IMG/VR virus record: IMGVR_UViG_3300021399_000125
Location: 1-64,000 of that record
Length of the DNA: 64,000 nucleotides
Source: a virus
Taxonomy: Duplodnaviria > Caudoviricetes
Strand: one strand, 5' to 3'
In this document: positions 29,965 through 38,169 of the stretch, in pieces
Layout of the letters: each line of letters starts with the position of its first letter
Position numbering within the stretch: the stretch's first letter is position 1
The notes under the pieces: generated by a model
What the model saw: only the letters and a program-made list of their open reading frames with translations
Database searches by the model: none
What the model was told of the DNA's origin: nothing
Position numbers and translations under genes: made by a program

Positions 29965-30216
29965 ATGAAAAGAGTATTAGCAGTTTTTCTTGTTGTCCTG
30001 CTTTTTGCGGCGATTCTTTCCGGATGCAAAGTGTATGTGCCGGGAGATTGTGACACAAGGTTCAACATCATCTCCGAATCTTTGACCGGCGACGGCGGTT
30101 TCGTGGTTTTCGAGGACACAGAGACCGGTGTCATGTACGTTTTCTACAAAGCGCATTCCGGCGGCGGTCTTTCGGTTCTCTACAATCCGGACGGAACAAT
30201 CATGACAAGGAATTAA
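29965..30216 (+). CDS. putative lipoprotein
   Basis: MKRVLAVFLVVLLFAAILSGC lipobox. Confidence 0.65.
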   Translation: MKRVLAVFLVVLLFAAILSGCKVYVPGDCDTRFNIISESLTGDGGFVVFEDTETGVMYVFYKAHSGGGLSVLYNPDGTIMTRN

Positions 30217-30269
30217 CCATTTATCGGAACACGAAGGATAACCATGACAATCGAGAAAGGAATGGTTTT

Positions 30270-31424
30270 ATGTACTACGTTGTCACAAAGCTGAGTTCCT
30301 ATACCCACCAGATGACCTTTGAAGAGTTTCTCGGCCTGCCCATGGACGCCTCCTTTGCGCTCTACGACGGCAGCAGGCAGAGCACCTCCACCAGAACCTT
30401 TGAGGTCCCGCAGATCCCCGCCCGCCTCAGAGGCGCAGCCTATACCGAGGCGGCCATCGACGCCATGGCCTCATTTTGTATCGAGCACAGCGCTCTGTAT
30501 GCCGTCCCCCGGCACGAGCTGTACCACGAGTTCCGCATCCCGAAGCGGTCCGGCGGGTTTCGCAAAATCAGAGCCCCGCATCCCGAGCTCAAGGCGGCGC
30601 TGTATCAGCTGGGCGGTTTGCTGAACCAGTACTTCGGCGCCAACCGGATCTATCACACCTCTGCATACGCCTTTATCAAAGGCCGGTCTCACATCGACTC
30701 TGTCCGCGTCCACCAGCAGAACGAGAGCTGGTGGTTTGCCAAGCTGGATCTGAAGGATTTCTTCGGCTCCGTCACCAAGGAATTTGCCATCCGGATGCTC
30801 TCCATGCTTCACCCATTTGCCGAGGTGCTGGAGCGTCAGGACGGCCGCGAAGTGTTTGAGAACGCCCTGGAGCTCGCCTTTCTGGATGGGGTTTTGCCCC
30901 AGGGCTCTCCGCTCTCTCCGCTTCTCACCAATCTCATCATGGTCCCCATTGACTTCACCCTCTCCCGGGCGTTTCGTCAGTTTGCCGGCGGCCGTGCGGT
31001 TTACACCAGGTACGTAGACGATATGCTCATCTCCTCCCGGCTCCAGTTCAACGTCCGTGACGTGGAAGCCCTGCTTCAGAACACCTTCTCCTCCTTTGGG
31101 GCGCCCCTGCGTCTCAATCCAGAAAAGACGCGCTATGGCTCAAGGTCCGGCAGCAACTGGAATTTGGGAGTGGTGCTGAACAAGGACAACAATATCACCG
31201 TTGGGTATAAGAACCTGCGCCGGTTTAAGTCCATGCTGTACAACTTCCGTCGGGATAATCTCCTGGGGGTTTCCTGGGAGATCGGCGATATCCAGCACGC
31301 CCTGGGCTTGTACGCCTACTACCGCATGGTAGACGCTGCCACGGTGGACAACATCCTCAATGAATTCAAAAGCAAATATGGATTTGATGTCATTCAATCC
31401 ATGAAGCAGGCGCTCAGCCTGTAA
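30270..31424 (+). CDS. retron-type reverse transcriptase
   Basis: IPKRSGGFRKIRAP, SAYAF..GRS, KLDLKDFF, LPQGSPLSP, YTRYVDD, KTR, NLG; 384 aa without maturase/endonuclease extension. Confidence 0.9.
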   Translation: MYYVVTKLSSYTHQMTFEEFLGLPMDASFALYDGSRQSTSTRTFEVPQIPARLRGAAYTEAAIDAMASFCIEHSALYAVPRHELYHEFRIPKRSGGFRKIRAPHPELKAALYQLGGLLNQYFGANRIYHTSAYAFIKGRSHIDSVRVHQQNESWWFAKLDLKDFFGSVTKEFAIRMLSMLHPFAEVLERQDGREVFENALELAFLDGVLPQGSPLSPLLTNLIMVPIDFTLSRAFRQFAGGRAVYTRYVDDMLISSRLQFNVRDVEALLQNTFSSFGAPLRLNPEKTRYGSRSGSNWNLGVVLNKDNNITVGYKNLRRFKSMLYNFRRDNLLGVSWEIGDIQHALGLYAYYRMVDAATVDNILNEFKSKYGFDVIQSMKQALSL

Positions 31425-31426
31425 CC

Positions 31427-31745
31427 GTTCTGCAAACGCATTTTCCCCTCCGGGAAGCATCTGCCTATGGCGGATGTATTGTACTGCCTGGATAAAAACC
31501 ACGGCAGGAAGGAACCCAGTAAAGTCGCGATTCATGTCTCGAACTGTTTCGCAAATTTTCGCGACGCTGTACAATGCGAAACGCCCGCCGTCTCACGGCT
31601 TAAACCCCAAGATCCACACGGGTTTATCCGCATCGACACGAAAATAAATTTACGGTCGAAGATCAGGGAGCGAGCCATCTGAGTGGCTCCAGACGGCCGC
31701 AGCCCGGCATCGCGGCCGCGCACACTCTCTTAAGGTTTGCAGAAC
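31427..31745 (+). ncRNA. retron msr/msd-like RNA, copy 2
   Basis: Inverted repeat GTTCTGCAAAC/GTTTGCAGAAC, then G-CATT, hairpin, and 21 nt identical to copy 1 (CATCTGCCTATGGCGGATGTA). Confidence 0.7.
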
Positions 31746-31919
31746 CAAAACAAAAATATGCGATCCGGCCTCCTCGCGATAATTATCTCCTTTCTCCCTT
31801 CTCCTTTCAACACTCCTTTCTTTTCCATGTTTCATACTTCGCCGGTCGCATTTCGTTTACATTGCCCTTAAAGCCTGGCTGAACAGGCGCCGGGTTTTTC
31901 AAACCCGGTGGGCATATTT

Positions 31920-31995
31920 CCAGGTGTAGCTCAGTCGGAAGAGCGCGTGATTTGGGATCACGAGGCCGCAGGTTCGAGCCCTGTCACTTGGACCA
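31920..31995 (+). tRNA. tRNA-Pro(TGG)
   Basis: CCAGGTG/CACTTGG, anticodon TGG, CCA. Confidence 0.9.
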
Positions 31996-32013
31996 CCCGG
32001 GTTTCCGGGTACC

Positions 32014-32236
32014 ACCCACCCCATTGCGAACATTGGTAAGCTCCGGCAAGCCGCTTCTGCCCATGGCGGAAGCCTCGCAAAAAGAAAGCGTCCCCGCTCC
32101 CTATCTTTGTTCCGCCGCGTGAAAAGCGCCTGACGGCGCTTTCTTGCGCCGGAACAAAGATAATACGCGGCGAGGGAAATTCAATCGTTCAAGACGCAGC
32201 TTGTCTTAAACGATTGAATTTGGCAATGGGGTGGGT
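32014..32236 (+). ncRNA. retron msr/msd-like RNA, divergent copy 3
   Basis: 14-bp inverted repeat ACCCACCCCATTGC/GCAATGGGGTGGGT; variant hairpin GCTTCTGCC-CAT-GGCGGAAGC; two long hairpins as cargo. Confidence 0.55.
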
Positions 32237-32326
32237 TTTTCGTCCACAATACTGTCAGTCTTGCGGTTTCGCAAGACTGCGGTCAAATCTTAAAACAGAA
32301 AACAGAAAGGAAAGTGAGGGAATCAA

Positions 32327-32626
32327 ATGGGTAAATTTGCAGTAGGCGACGTGCTCCGCGTCCGGGATTTTGAGGATATGGCCTCGGAATTCGGCGAGAC
32401 AAACGGAGAAATAATTCACAGTCCAAATTTTGCAAGGGGGATGCGTCCTCTGTGCGGGCAGCTCTTCACCGTGCGCAGCATTCGCGGAGACAATATCTTC
32501 GCGCAGGAGCCTCAGTTCAAGTCCTGGTCGTGGGCCGAATGGATGCTGGAATTCGCCGATGACGACCGCGAAACGACCTATGAGGTCGGAAGCTTCGCGG
32601 ATCTGTTCGGAGGTGTGTCTGTGTGA
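32327..32626 (+). CDS. hypothetical protein (SH3-like, KF.VGD.LRVR start)
   Basis: 99 aa, first of four translationally coupled genes. Confidence 0.65.
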   Translation: MGKFAVGDVLRVRDFEDMASEFGETNGEIIHSPNFARGMRPLCGQLFTVRSIRGDNIFAQEPQFKSWSWAEWMLEFADDDRETTYEVGSFADLFGGVSV

Positions 32627-32997
32627 GCGAAGAGATTTTGTGCCTTTTGCGCGAATACGCCGACAATCGGATCCGGATCCGGTGCGGTACTCCGGAAATG
32701 CGTGCGCGTGTGTTGACGGTTTTGTCTGACACCCTCGGCGTGGATATTGATCACAATTTTCCCCGTTCCACGAGATATCTGCATCCGCCGTATGCCTGTC
32801 CGCAGTTCCTGGAAATCGAGATCGTCCGCGTCGCAAGAATCGGGCATGAAGACGCCTATCGTGTCAGTTGCTGCATGTATACCAGATCTGCGAAAACCGT
32901 TCCCGGGGAAGAGTTTCTCGCCCTGGTTTCAGAGCTTGAGCCCGACCGTTTTGAAATCGGAGATCTCTCCGAGCTCTTAGGAGGTGTCTGTGTATGA
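32623..32997 (+). CDS. hypothetical protein, paralog A
   Basis: RA..L..L...LGVDI...R..YL.PPY motif shared with the next two ORFs. Confidence 0.7.
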   Translation: MSEEILCLLREYADNRIRIRCGTPEMRARVLTVLSDTLGVDIDHNFPRSTRYLHPPYACPQFLEIEIVRVARIGHEDAYRVSCCMYTRSAKTVPGEEFLALVSELEPDRFEIGDLSELLGGVCV

Positions 32998-33335
32998 GCA
33001 TGGTTCATGAGGTATTATCCCAACTGATTCAGTCCGACACGTCAATCCAATGCGATACGCCGGAAGAGCGTGCCGATCTGCTCCGCGATCTGGCTGCGCT
33101 CGGCGTGAATATACACGCCGGCGCTGATCGCAGTGCGTATCTGGGGCCTCCCTATGACGGCACAGAGTTCATGTATGTCCGTCTTGAGCATCTTCCGAGA
33201 AATCGCTTTGGCATCGTCTGCTCGGCCTTTTCTAATCGCAGTATTTCTCCGGATGAGTTCCGCGCCATGATCGACGATTGTGATTTTGCGGCATTCGACG
33301 GGGACATCGCAGAGCTGTTTGGAGGTGTGTCATGA
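32994..33335 (+). CDS. hypothetical protein, paralog B
   Basis: CDTPEERADLLRDLAALGVNIH..DRSAYLGPPY. Confidence 0.7.
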   Translation: MSMVHEVLSQLIQSDTSIQCDTPEERADLLRDLAALGVNIHAGADRSAYLGPPYDGTEFMYVRLEHLPRNRFGIVCSAFSNRSISPDEFRAMIDDCDFAAFDGDIAELFGGVS

Positions 33336-33697
33336 TAGAGGAGATTCTGGATCTTATCCAATCCATGTGGAATTCCTATGAGGAAATCGAAACCAGCTCT
33401 CTGGCCCAGCGGGCCGAGGCGCTGCGGCTTTTGGAGTCTCTCGGCGTAGATATCCACCACGGGCAAGACCGCACCGGGTATCTGGAGCCTCCCTATGCCG
33501 GCGGTGAGTTTCCGCACATCCGCTTTGAAAAAATCGGCCTTACCGGCAAAAGGTTTGGCGTCAGCTGCCGGCGGAGCTGTAAAAACCCGGTTCCGTATAC
33601 GAAATTCCTCAACCAGGTTTCGTCCTTTATCGATCCCGTGGAGGCGCCGGATCAATCCATGTTCGACGAAATGTTTTCCGGCCCGGAACAAACTTGA
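33332..33697 (+). CDS. hypothetical protein, paralog C
   Basis: RAEALRLLESLGVDIH..DRTGYLEPPY. Confidence 0.7.
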   Translation: MIEEILDLIQSMWNSYEEIETSSLAQRAEALRLLESLGVDIHHGQDRTGYLEPPYAGGEFPHIRFEKIGLTGKRFGVSCRRSCKNPVPYTKFLNQVSSFIDPVEAPDQSMFDEMFSGPEQT

Positions 33698-33711
33698 AAG
33701 GAGTATCTGTC

Positions 33712-34407
33712 ATGTCAACCTTCTATCTCAGGGTGTTTTTGACTAATCTTCCCGCGTATAACAGCGGGCTGCTCCGCGGCGCCTGGGTGGAGCTTCCCGC
33801 AAAGCAGGAGGAGCTTCTCCGGGTGTTCGAGTCTCTCGGCATCACCCTTCCAGAGCAGGTGTTTGTGAGCGACTATGACACCGACCTCAACGACGCGCCA
33901 GAAATCCTGGGCGAGCACGCCAATCTTGAAAAGCTCAACTATCTTGCGGAGCTTCTGGATGATCTGGACAAGTACGACTATGAAAAGTATCAGGCCGTCC
34001 TGGAAAGCGGCGATTTCCCATCCAAATCCGTGGACGATCTCATCAATCTGACCTTCAATCTGGACAATTACATCCTGTATCCGGACGTCCCAGACGACGA
34101 TGACCTCGGCCGGTATTATATCGAGGATTCTGGATGTTATGACCTGTCCTCCATGGGCAACCTGGCGAACTATCTGGATTACGAGTCCTTCGGCCGGGAC
34201 GTCCGCTATGAAGAGGGCGGCTGCTTTACGTCCTACGGCTATGTCTTCAGCGACTGCAGAAGCTGGGACGAGGAATTTGACGGCGACCCTGACAGCATCC
34301 CGGACCGTCTCCGGGTTTTTGATCTGCTCCGCGATCTGGCGGAGGAGGAAGACGAGTTTGAGTTCTCGTTTTCCTGTCTGCCAATGGAAGTCTGCGTAAA
34401 CGACTGA
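33712..34407 (+). CDS. ardA: antirestriction protein ArdA (DNA mimic)
   Basis: TNL..YN.G.L.G.WVELP, DYD, YLDYESFGRD...GCFTSYGYV; very acidic. Confidence 0.9.
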   Translation: MSTFYLRVFLTNLPAYNSGLLRGAWVELPAKQEELLRVFESLGITLPEQVFVSDYDTDLNDAPEILGEHANLEKLNYLAELLDDLDKYDYEKYQAVLESGDFPSKSVDDLINLTFNLDNYILYPDVPDDDDLGRYYIEDSGCYDLSSMGNLANYLDYESFGRDVRYEEGGCFTSYGYVFSDCRSWDEEFDGDPDSIPDRLRVFDLLRDLAEEEDEFEFSFSCLPMEVCVND

Positions 34408-34427
34408 ACAAAAGGAGGAAATCTGCC

Positions 34428-35117
34428 ATGCGGTTTCAAAAGCTTGTATCGTTCGTTCTTGCCATTGTTCTGGTTCTCTGCTGTCTGCCCTCTGCCTTTG
34501 CAGATCCCCGCGAGCAAAATCCCAACGCCTGGTCTGCCGGCTACTCTCCCGTAGTCGTGGAGCAGCAGGAGGTCCCAGCCGGCGGTGTGGTCCACGTCTC
34601 ACGGGACTACGTTGTCACCTACGGCGCCACGGGTCTTGCGGCCCGGTTCCAAAGCACTCCATGCTTTTTTCTCACCGTCTCCCTGTATGACCTGGCCACC
34701 GGTTGTCCCATGTATATGAACGACGTGGAGCGCAGTGTGACCACTCAGGTCTATGCGGATCTCTCTGTAAACCGGACCTATATCCATGTGGAATTTGACT
34801 TCAATACCGTGTGTCTGGAATACAAGACCATTCTGCTGGAGTCCGAGCTTTGGATCAGCGGCTCTGAGGAAGACCCCATTAAATGCCTCGGCGTGATCCG
34901 CAAAGAGAGCAACGCCATCCGGATTGTTCCTGCTCCTGAGCCGGAGGATCCGCAGCCTGCCGTTCAGCTCTTGCCCAGGGCGGCCATTGATATCACCGCA
35001 GACGTGGCGTTTCCCGGCTCCAAAACCATCGGTTCCACACCGGAGCCTGCAGCCGACGCCGAAGCCTCTGTGGTTTCCGAGTCCGATCTTTGTGCGATTT
35101 CCAATGGAAGGAGGTAA
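34428..35117 (+). CDS. secreted/surface protein
   Basis: Signal peptide ending AFA; beta-rich domain and Pro-rich tail. Confidence 0.6.
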   Translation: MRFQKLVSFVLAIVLVLCCLPSAFADPREQNPNAWSAGYSPVVVEQQEVPAGGVVHVSRDYVVTYGATGLAARFQSTPCFFLTVSLYDLATGCPMYMNDVERSVTTQVYADLSVNRTYIHVEFDFNTVCLEYKTILLESELWISGSEEDPIKCLGVIRKESNAIRIVPAPEPEDPQPAVQLLPRAAIDITADVAFPGSKTIGSTPEPAADAEASVVSESDLCAISNGRR

Positions 35118-35123
35118 TCTGTC

Positions 35124-35396
35124 ATGGATCTCGTGTTTGAACAGCAGTGCAATTCCATCTGGCCCCTCACCATCGTGCGTGACCGGTACAGCGGTACCTA
35201 TTCCGGCGGGAATTACACCGCCTGGAATCTGGAGGCGGACTGCGTCCCATGGGAAATCAACGCCGGGGACGCAGACTGTGCCGGCTTCTGGTGGGACAGG
35301 GGCGATAGCTTCAAGTCCTGGCTTATTTCTGTCTGCGGCAAGGGCGATACCGCCGCTGCCGCCGTTGCGGATCTTTACAGTAAGCTCAACAAATAA
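35124..35396 (+). CDS. hypothetical protein
   Basis: 90 aa, AGGAGG RBS. Confidence 0.65.
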   Translation: MDLVFEQQCNSIWPLTIVRDRYSGTYSGGNYTAWNLEADCVPWEINAGDADCAGFWWDRGDSFKSWLISVCGKGDTAAAAVADLYSKLNK

Positions 35397-35421
35397 CATC
35401 GGCGGCCTTTGCCGCCCATAC

Positions 35422-35497
35422 GGTCCCTTAGTTCAATTGGCAGAGCTGCCGGCTCATAACCGGTTGGTTGCAGGTTCGAGTCCTGCAGGGACCACCA
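35422..35497 (+). tRNA. tRNA with CAT anticodon (Ile2 or elongator Met)
   Basis: GGTCCCT/AGGGACC, anticodon CAT, CCA; paired 1:72, so not initiator. Confidence 0.85.
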
Positions 35498-35524
35498 AAA
35501 ATAATCAAAAGGAGTGTGCGGTAT

Positions 35525-36007
35525 ATGGAAAAAATTGTCTCCGGCAACATTTTGGAATCCAGATGTGACGTAATCCTGCACCAGGTAAACTGCCGCGGCG
35601 TCATGGGCGCAGGGCTGGCAAAGCAGATCCGGCAAAAATACCCCGGGGTTTTCCAGGCGTATTACAGCCGCTGTAAAGCCGTGGCGAACAGCGGACGTCC
35701 GTCCTCATCCCTTCTCGGGGAAATTCAGCCTGTCCGCGTCCGCCCCATGTGGGCTATGCTGAACACAGACACCCAAATCATTATCAATCTGTTTGCCCAG
35801 GACGGATACGGCACCGGGCGCTGCTTCACAGACTACGACGCCCTGCAAAGCTGTCTTCGCAAAGTCAACGCCGCCTTTGGCGGTGGTTCTGTTGCGCTGC
35901 CGTACAAAATGTCCTGCGGTCTTGCCGGCGGCGACTGGGATACTGTGCTGTCTCTCATCAGTCGCGAGCTGCGCAGTTGTGACATCTGGATTTACCATCG
36001 GTCTTGA
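35525..36007 (+). CDS. macrodomain (ADP-ribose processing) protein
   Basis: HQVNC.GVMGAGLAKQI, NLFAQ, P.KMSCGLAGGDW. Confidence 0.9.
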   Translation: MEKIVSGNILESRCDVILHQVNCRGVMGAGLAKQIRQKYPGVFQAYYSRCKAVANSGRPSSSLLGEIQPVRVRPMWAMLNTDTQIIINLFAQDGYGTGRCFTDYDALQSCLRKVNAAFGGGSVALPYKMSCGLAGGDWDTVLSLISRELRSCDIWIYHRS

Positions 36008-36025
36008 AAGTGAGGGGATGTAAAT

Positions 36026-36940
36026 ATGAATATCCAAAGCCTGAGCATCGTAGTCCCAAACAAGGACTGCGTCAACAAATGTCCGTTTTGTGTATCCCGC
36101 ATGCATTGTGAGGAATACAGAAATCAACTGAACGAGAACCTGCCGTTTTTCGATCTGTATCTGAATGATTATCTGAAACGGCTGCAGTTCGCAAGAGACA
36201 ACGGCTGTAACACCGTTATGCTGACCGGTACGTCAGAGCCTCAGCAAAACAAGCAGTTTCTCACCTGGTTTGGGATGTTCCAGCGCATGCTGAAAAGCCC
36301 CTTCCAGTGGGTGGAAATGCAGACAACCGGCGTCATCCTGGACGAGGCGTACCTTCGCTTTCTCCGCAATCATGTCGGCGTCAACCTGATTTCCCTGTCT
36401 CTGTCGTCACTGCGTTCAAAAGAGAATTGCGACATCATCGGCTGCCCCGACAAGCTCCGCTTTGATCTTGATGCGCTCTGTGCGCTCATCAAGCGCTACG
36501 ATTTCTCACTGCGGCTGAGCATCAATCTGACCAACGTTTTTGACGGCCTGTGTCAGCCCGACGAAAACGGATGTATCAATCCTGACGCAGCGCGGGCTAT
36601 CTTCAACAGATGTGAAGCACTCGGTGCTGACCAAGTAACATTCCGTGTGTTGTACAGTGATAGGACAAGCGACACGCCACAAAGTCATTGGATTGCTAAA
36701 CATGCGGCCAACGCCGAGACTGTCACACATCTCAAGCTCTACGTACAGCGAGAGGGCACCAAGCTTGGACAATTGCCTTTCGGCGCCGCCAAATACAGTA
36801 TCCATGGTATGAGCACCATCATCGATGATGACTGTATGGCAAAGAACGTCAAGTCTGATGAAACCTACAAGTATCTGATTCTGCGACCCAATTGTAAGCT
36901 CTATTCCAGCTGGGACGATAAGGCAAGTCTGATTTTTTAA
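36026..36940 (+). CDS. radical SAM protein
   Basis: CVNKCPFC motif, LTG.SEP. Confidence 0.85.
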   Translation: MNIQSLSIVVPNKDCVNKCPFCVSRMHCEEYRNQLNENLPFFDLYLNDYLKRLQFARDNGCNTVMLTGTSEPQQNKQFLTWFGMFQRMLKSPFQWVEMQTTGVILDEAYLRFLRNHVGVNLISLSLSSLRSKENCDIIGCPDKLRFDLDALCALIKRYDFSLRLSINLTNVFDGLCQPDENGCINPDAARAIFNRCEALGADQVTFRVLYSDRTSDTPQSHWIAKHAANAETVTHLKLYVQREGTKLGQLPFGAAKYSIHGMSTIIDDDCMAKNVKSDETYKYLILRPNCKLYSSWDDKASLIF

Positions 36941-37151
36941 ACTAACATTTCATTTGGGGGTGATAATCAATGACTGTCAAGGAATTAAAAGAGGAACTTG
37001 GGAATTACAACGACGATGCGGAAGTCGTCGTTGTAAACTGGAGTACCGGTTCGGAATATGATCCTACCATCGGCGGCGACGATCCTGATGAGGGGACGAG
37101 GTACTGCAGAATCGGGTTTTGAATAAAACCAACCTTTTATGAGGTAAAGCG

Positions 37152-37472
37152 ATGCAATACTGTAATCTTGCTACAGTCAATGATATGGAGAAACAAGAGC
37201 TGCTTAATATGATTCATGAAATCAAAAAGCACCAAGAGCCTCCTTACAGAGAAGACGACCCATACAACCATCGGTATCCGTGGCAGAAGCTGGGTGCGGT
37301 TTCGTCCGGTATCTGTATGGCGTGGGGATGGTATTGGGATACTGTCATTCTCGAAAATGCAACGAAAGATGATCTGCTTGCAGCTCTTACAGAATATGAA
37401 GCCATCGTTGGCAACAACGAGTGCCGTGATGAGCAAAAGTATCATCCCGGTGATCATGTATGCGGTATGTGA
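37152..37472 (+). CDS. hypothetical protein
   Basis: 106 aa, GAGG RBS. Confidence 0.55.
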   Translation: MQYCNLATVNDMEKQELLNMIHEIKKHQEPPYREDDPYNHRYPWQKLGAVSSGICMAWGWYWDTVILENATKDDLLAALTEYEAIVGNNECRDEQKYHPGDHVCGM

Positions 37473-37543
37473 TCGTAATCTCCCAGGATGGCTCTCGTGA
37501 GAGAATCGACTGTAAAAACACTCTTTGATTAGGAGGTTATCCT

Positions 37544-37753
37544 ATGGTTCGCGGTGTTTTAGCTATCCGAATTTACTACGATCCGATTTGCATGACTCCG
37601 ATGGCGGATCTGCGGATGAACGACGGAGTAATTGAGCACATTTGCTGGACAAACATCAAGGAGCGAAAACAGTTTGAACCCGGCATCAACGGATATACGC
37701 TTATCTATGACGAGCGTCCGAAATGCCAGTGGAATGAATGGGTGCCAACATAA
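37544..37753 (+). CDS. hypothetical protein
   Basis: 69 aa, AGGAGG RBS. Confidence 0.55.
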   Translation: MVRGVLAIRIYYDPICMTPMADLRMNDGVIEHICWTNIKERKQFEPGINGYTLIYDERPKCQWNEWVPT

Positions 37754-37782
37754 AACCCAACTTTTGTGAAAGGTTTGTTTAT

Positions 37783-38118
37783 ATGAGAATCACAAACATC
37801 ATCTGGGATACCGACGGGATTTCAGTGGATGATCTCCCATGGGAAGTCACGCTGGAGGATAACATCCCCGTTGATGGGGTTGCGGATTGTCTGTCTGATA
37901 TGTATGGTTGGTGCGTGTCCAGCTTCCTGGCGTATCACGACGCGGTAATCAAGCTGTACCCCGGCTCCTCCGTGATCCCAATTAAAATGACAATTCCAGT
38001 CCCGGTTAATCGGGACACAGAGGAATATATCGACGAGTATCTGGACGGGCTTCTGAGCGATTTCGTCCGGTACAACTGTGAATGGGAATTCCTGGTGAAC
38101 CCGGAATCCCGTTTTTAA
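37783..38118 (+). CDS. hypothetical acidic protein
   Basis: MRITNIIWDTDG start. Confidence 0.6.
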   Translation: MRITNIIWDTDGISVDDLPWEVTLEDNIPVDGVADCLSDMYGWCVSSFLAYHDAVIKLYPGSSVIPIKMTIPVPVNRDTEEYIDEYLDGLLSDFVRYNCEWEFLVNPESRF

Positions 38119-38169
38119 TTTCAGGAACCCGGCACGAAGGCTGAACTTTTCATGCGATTCACCTCCGGC

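Noticed and set aside
30270-31424. RT as part of a diversity-generating retroelement or group II intron
   Set aside because: No TR/VR pair with adenine-specific differences and no Avd-like gene seen; no maturase domain or domain V/VI; motifs and flanking RNAs are retron-like
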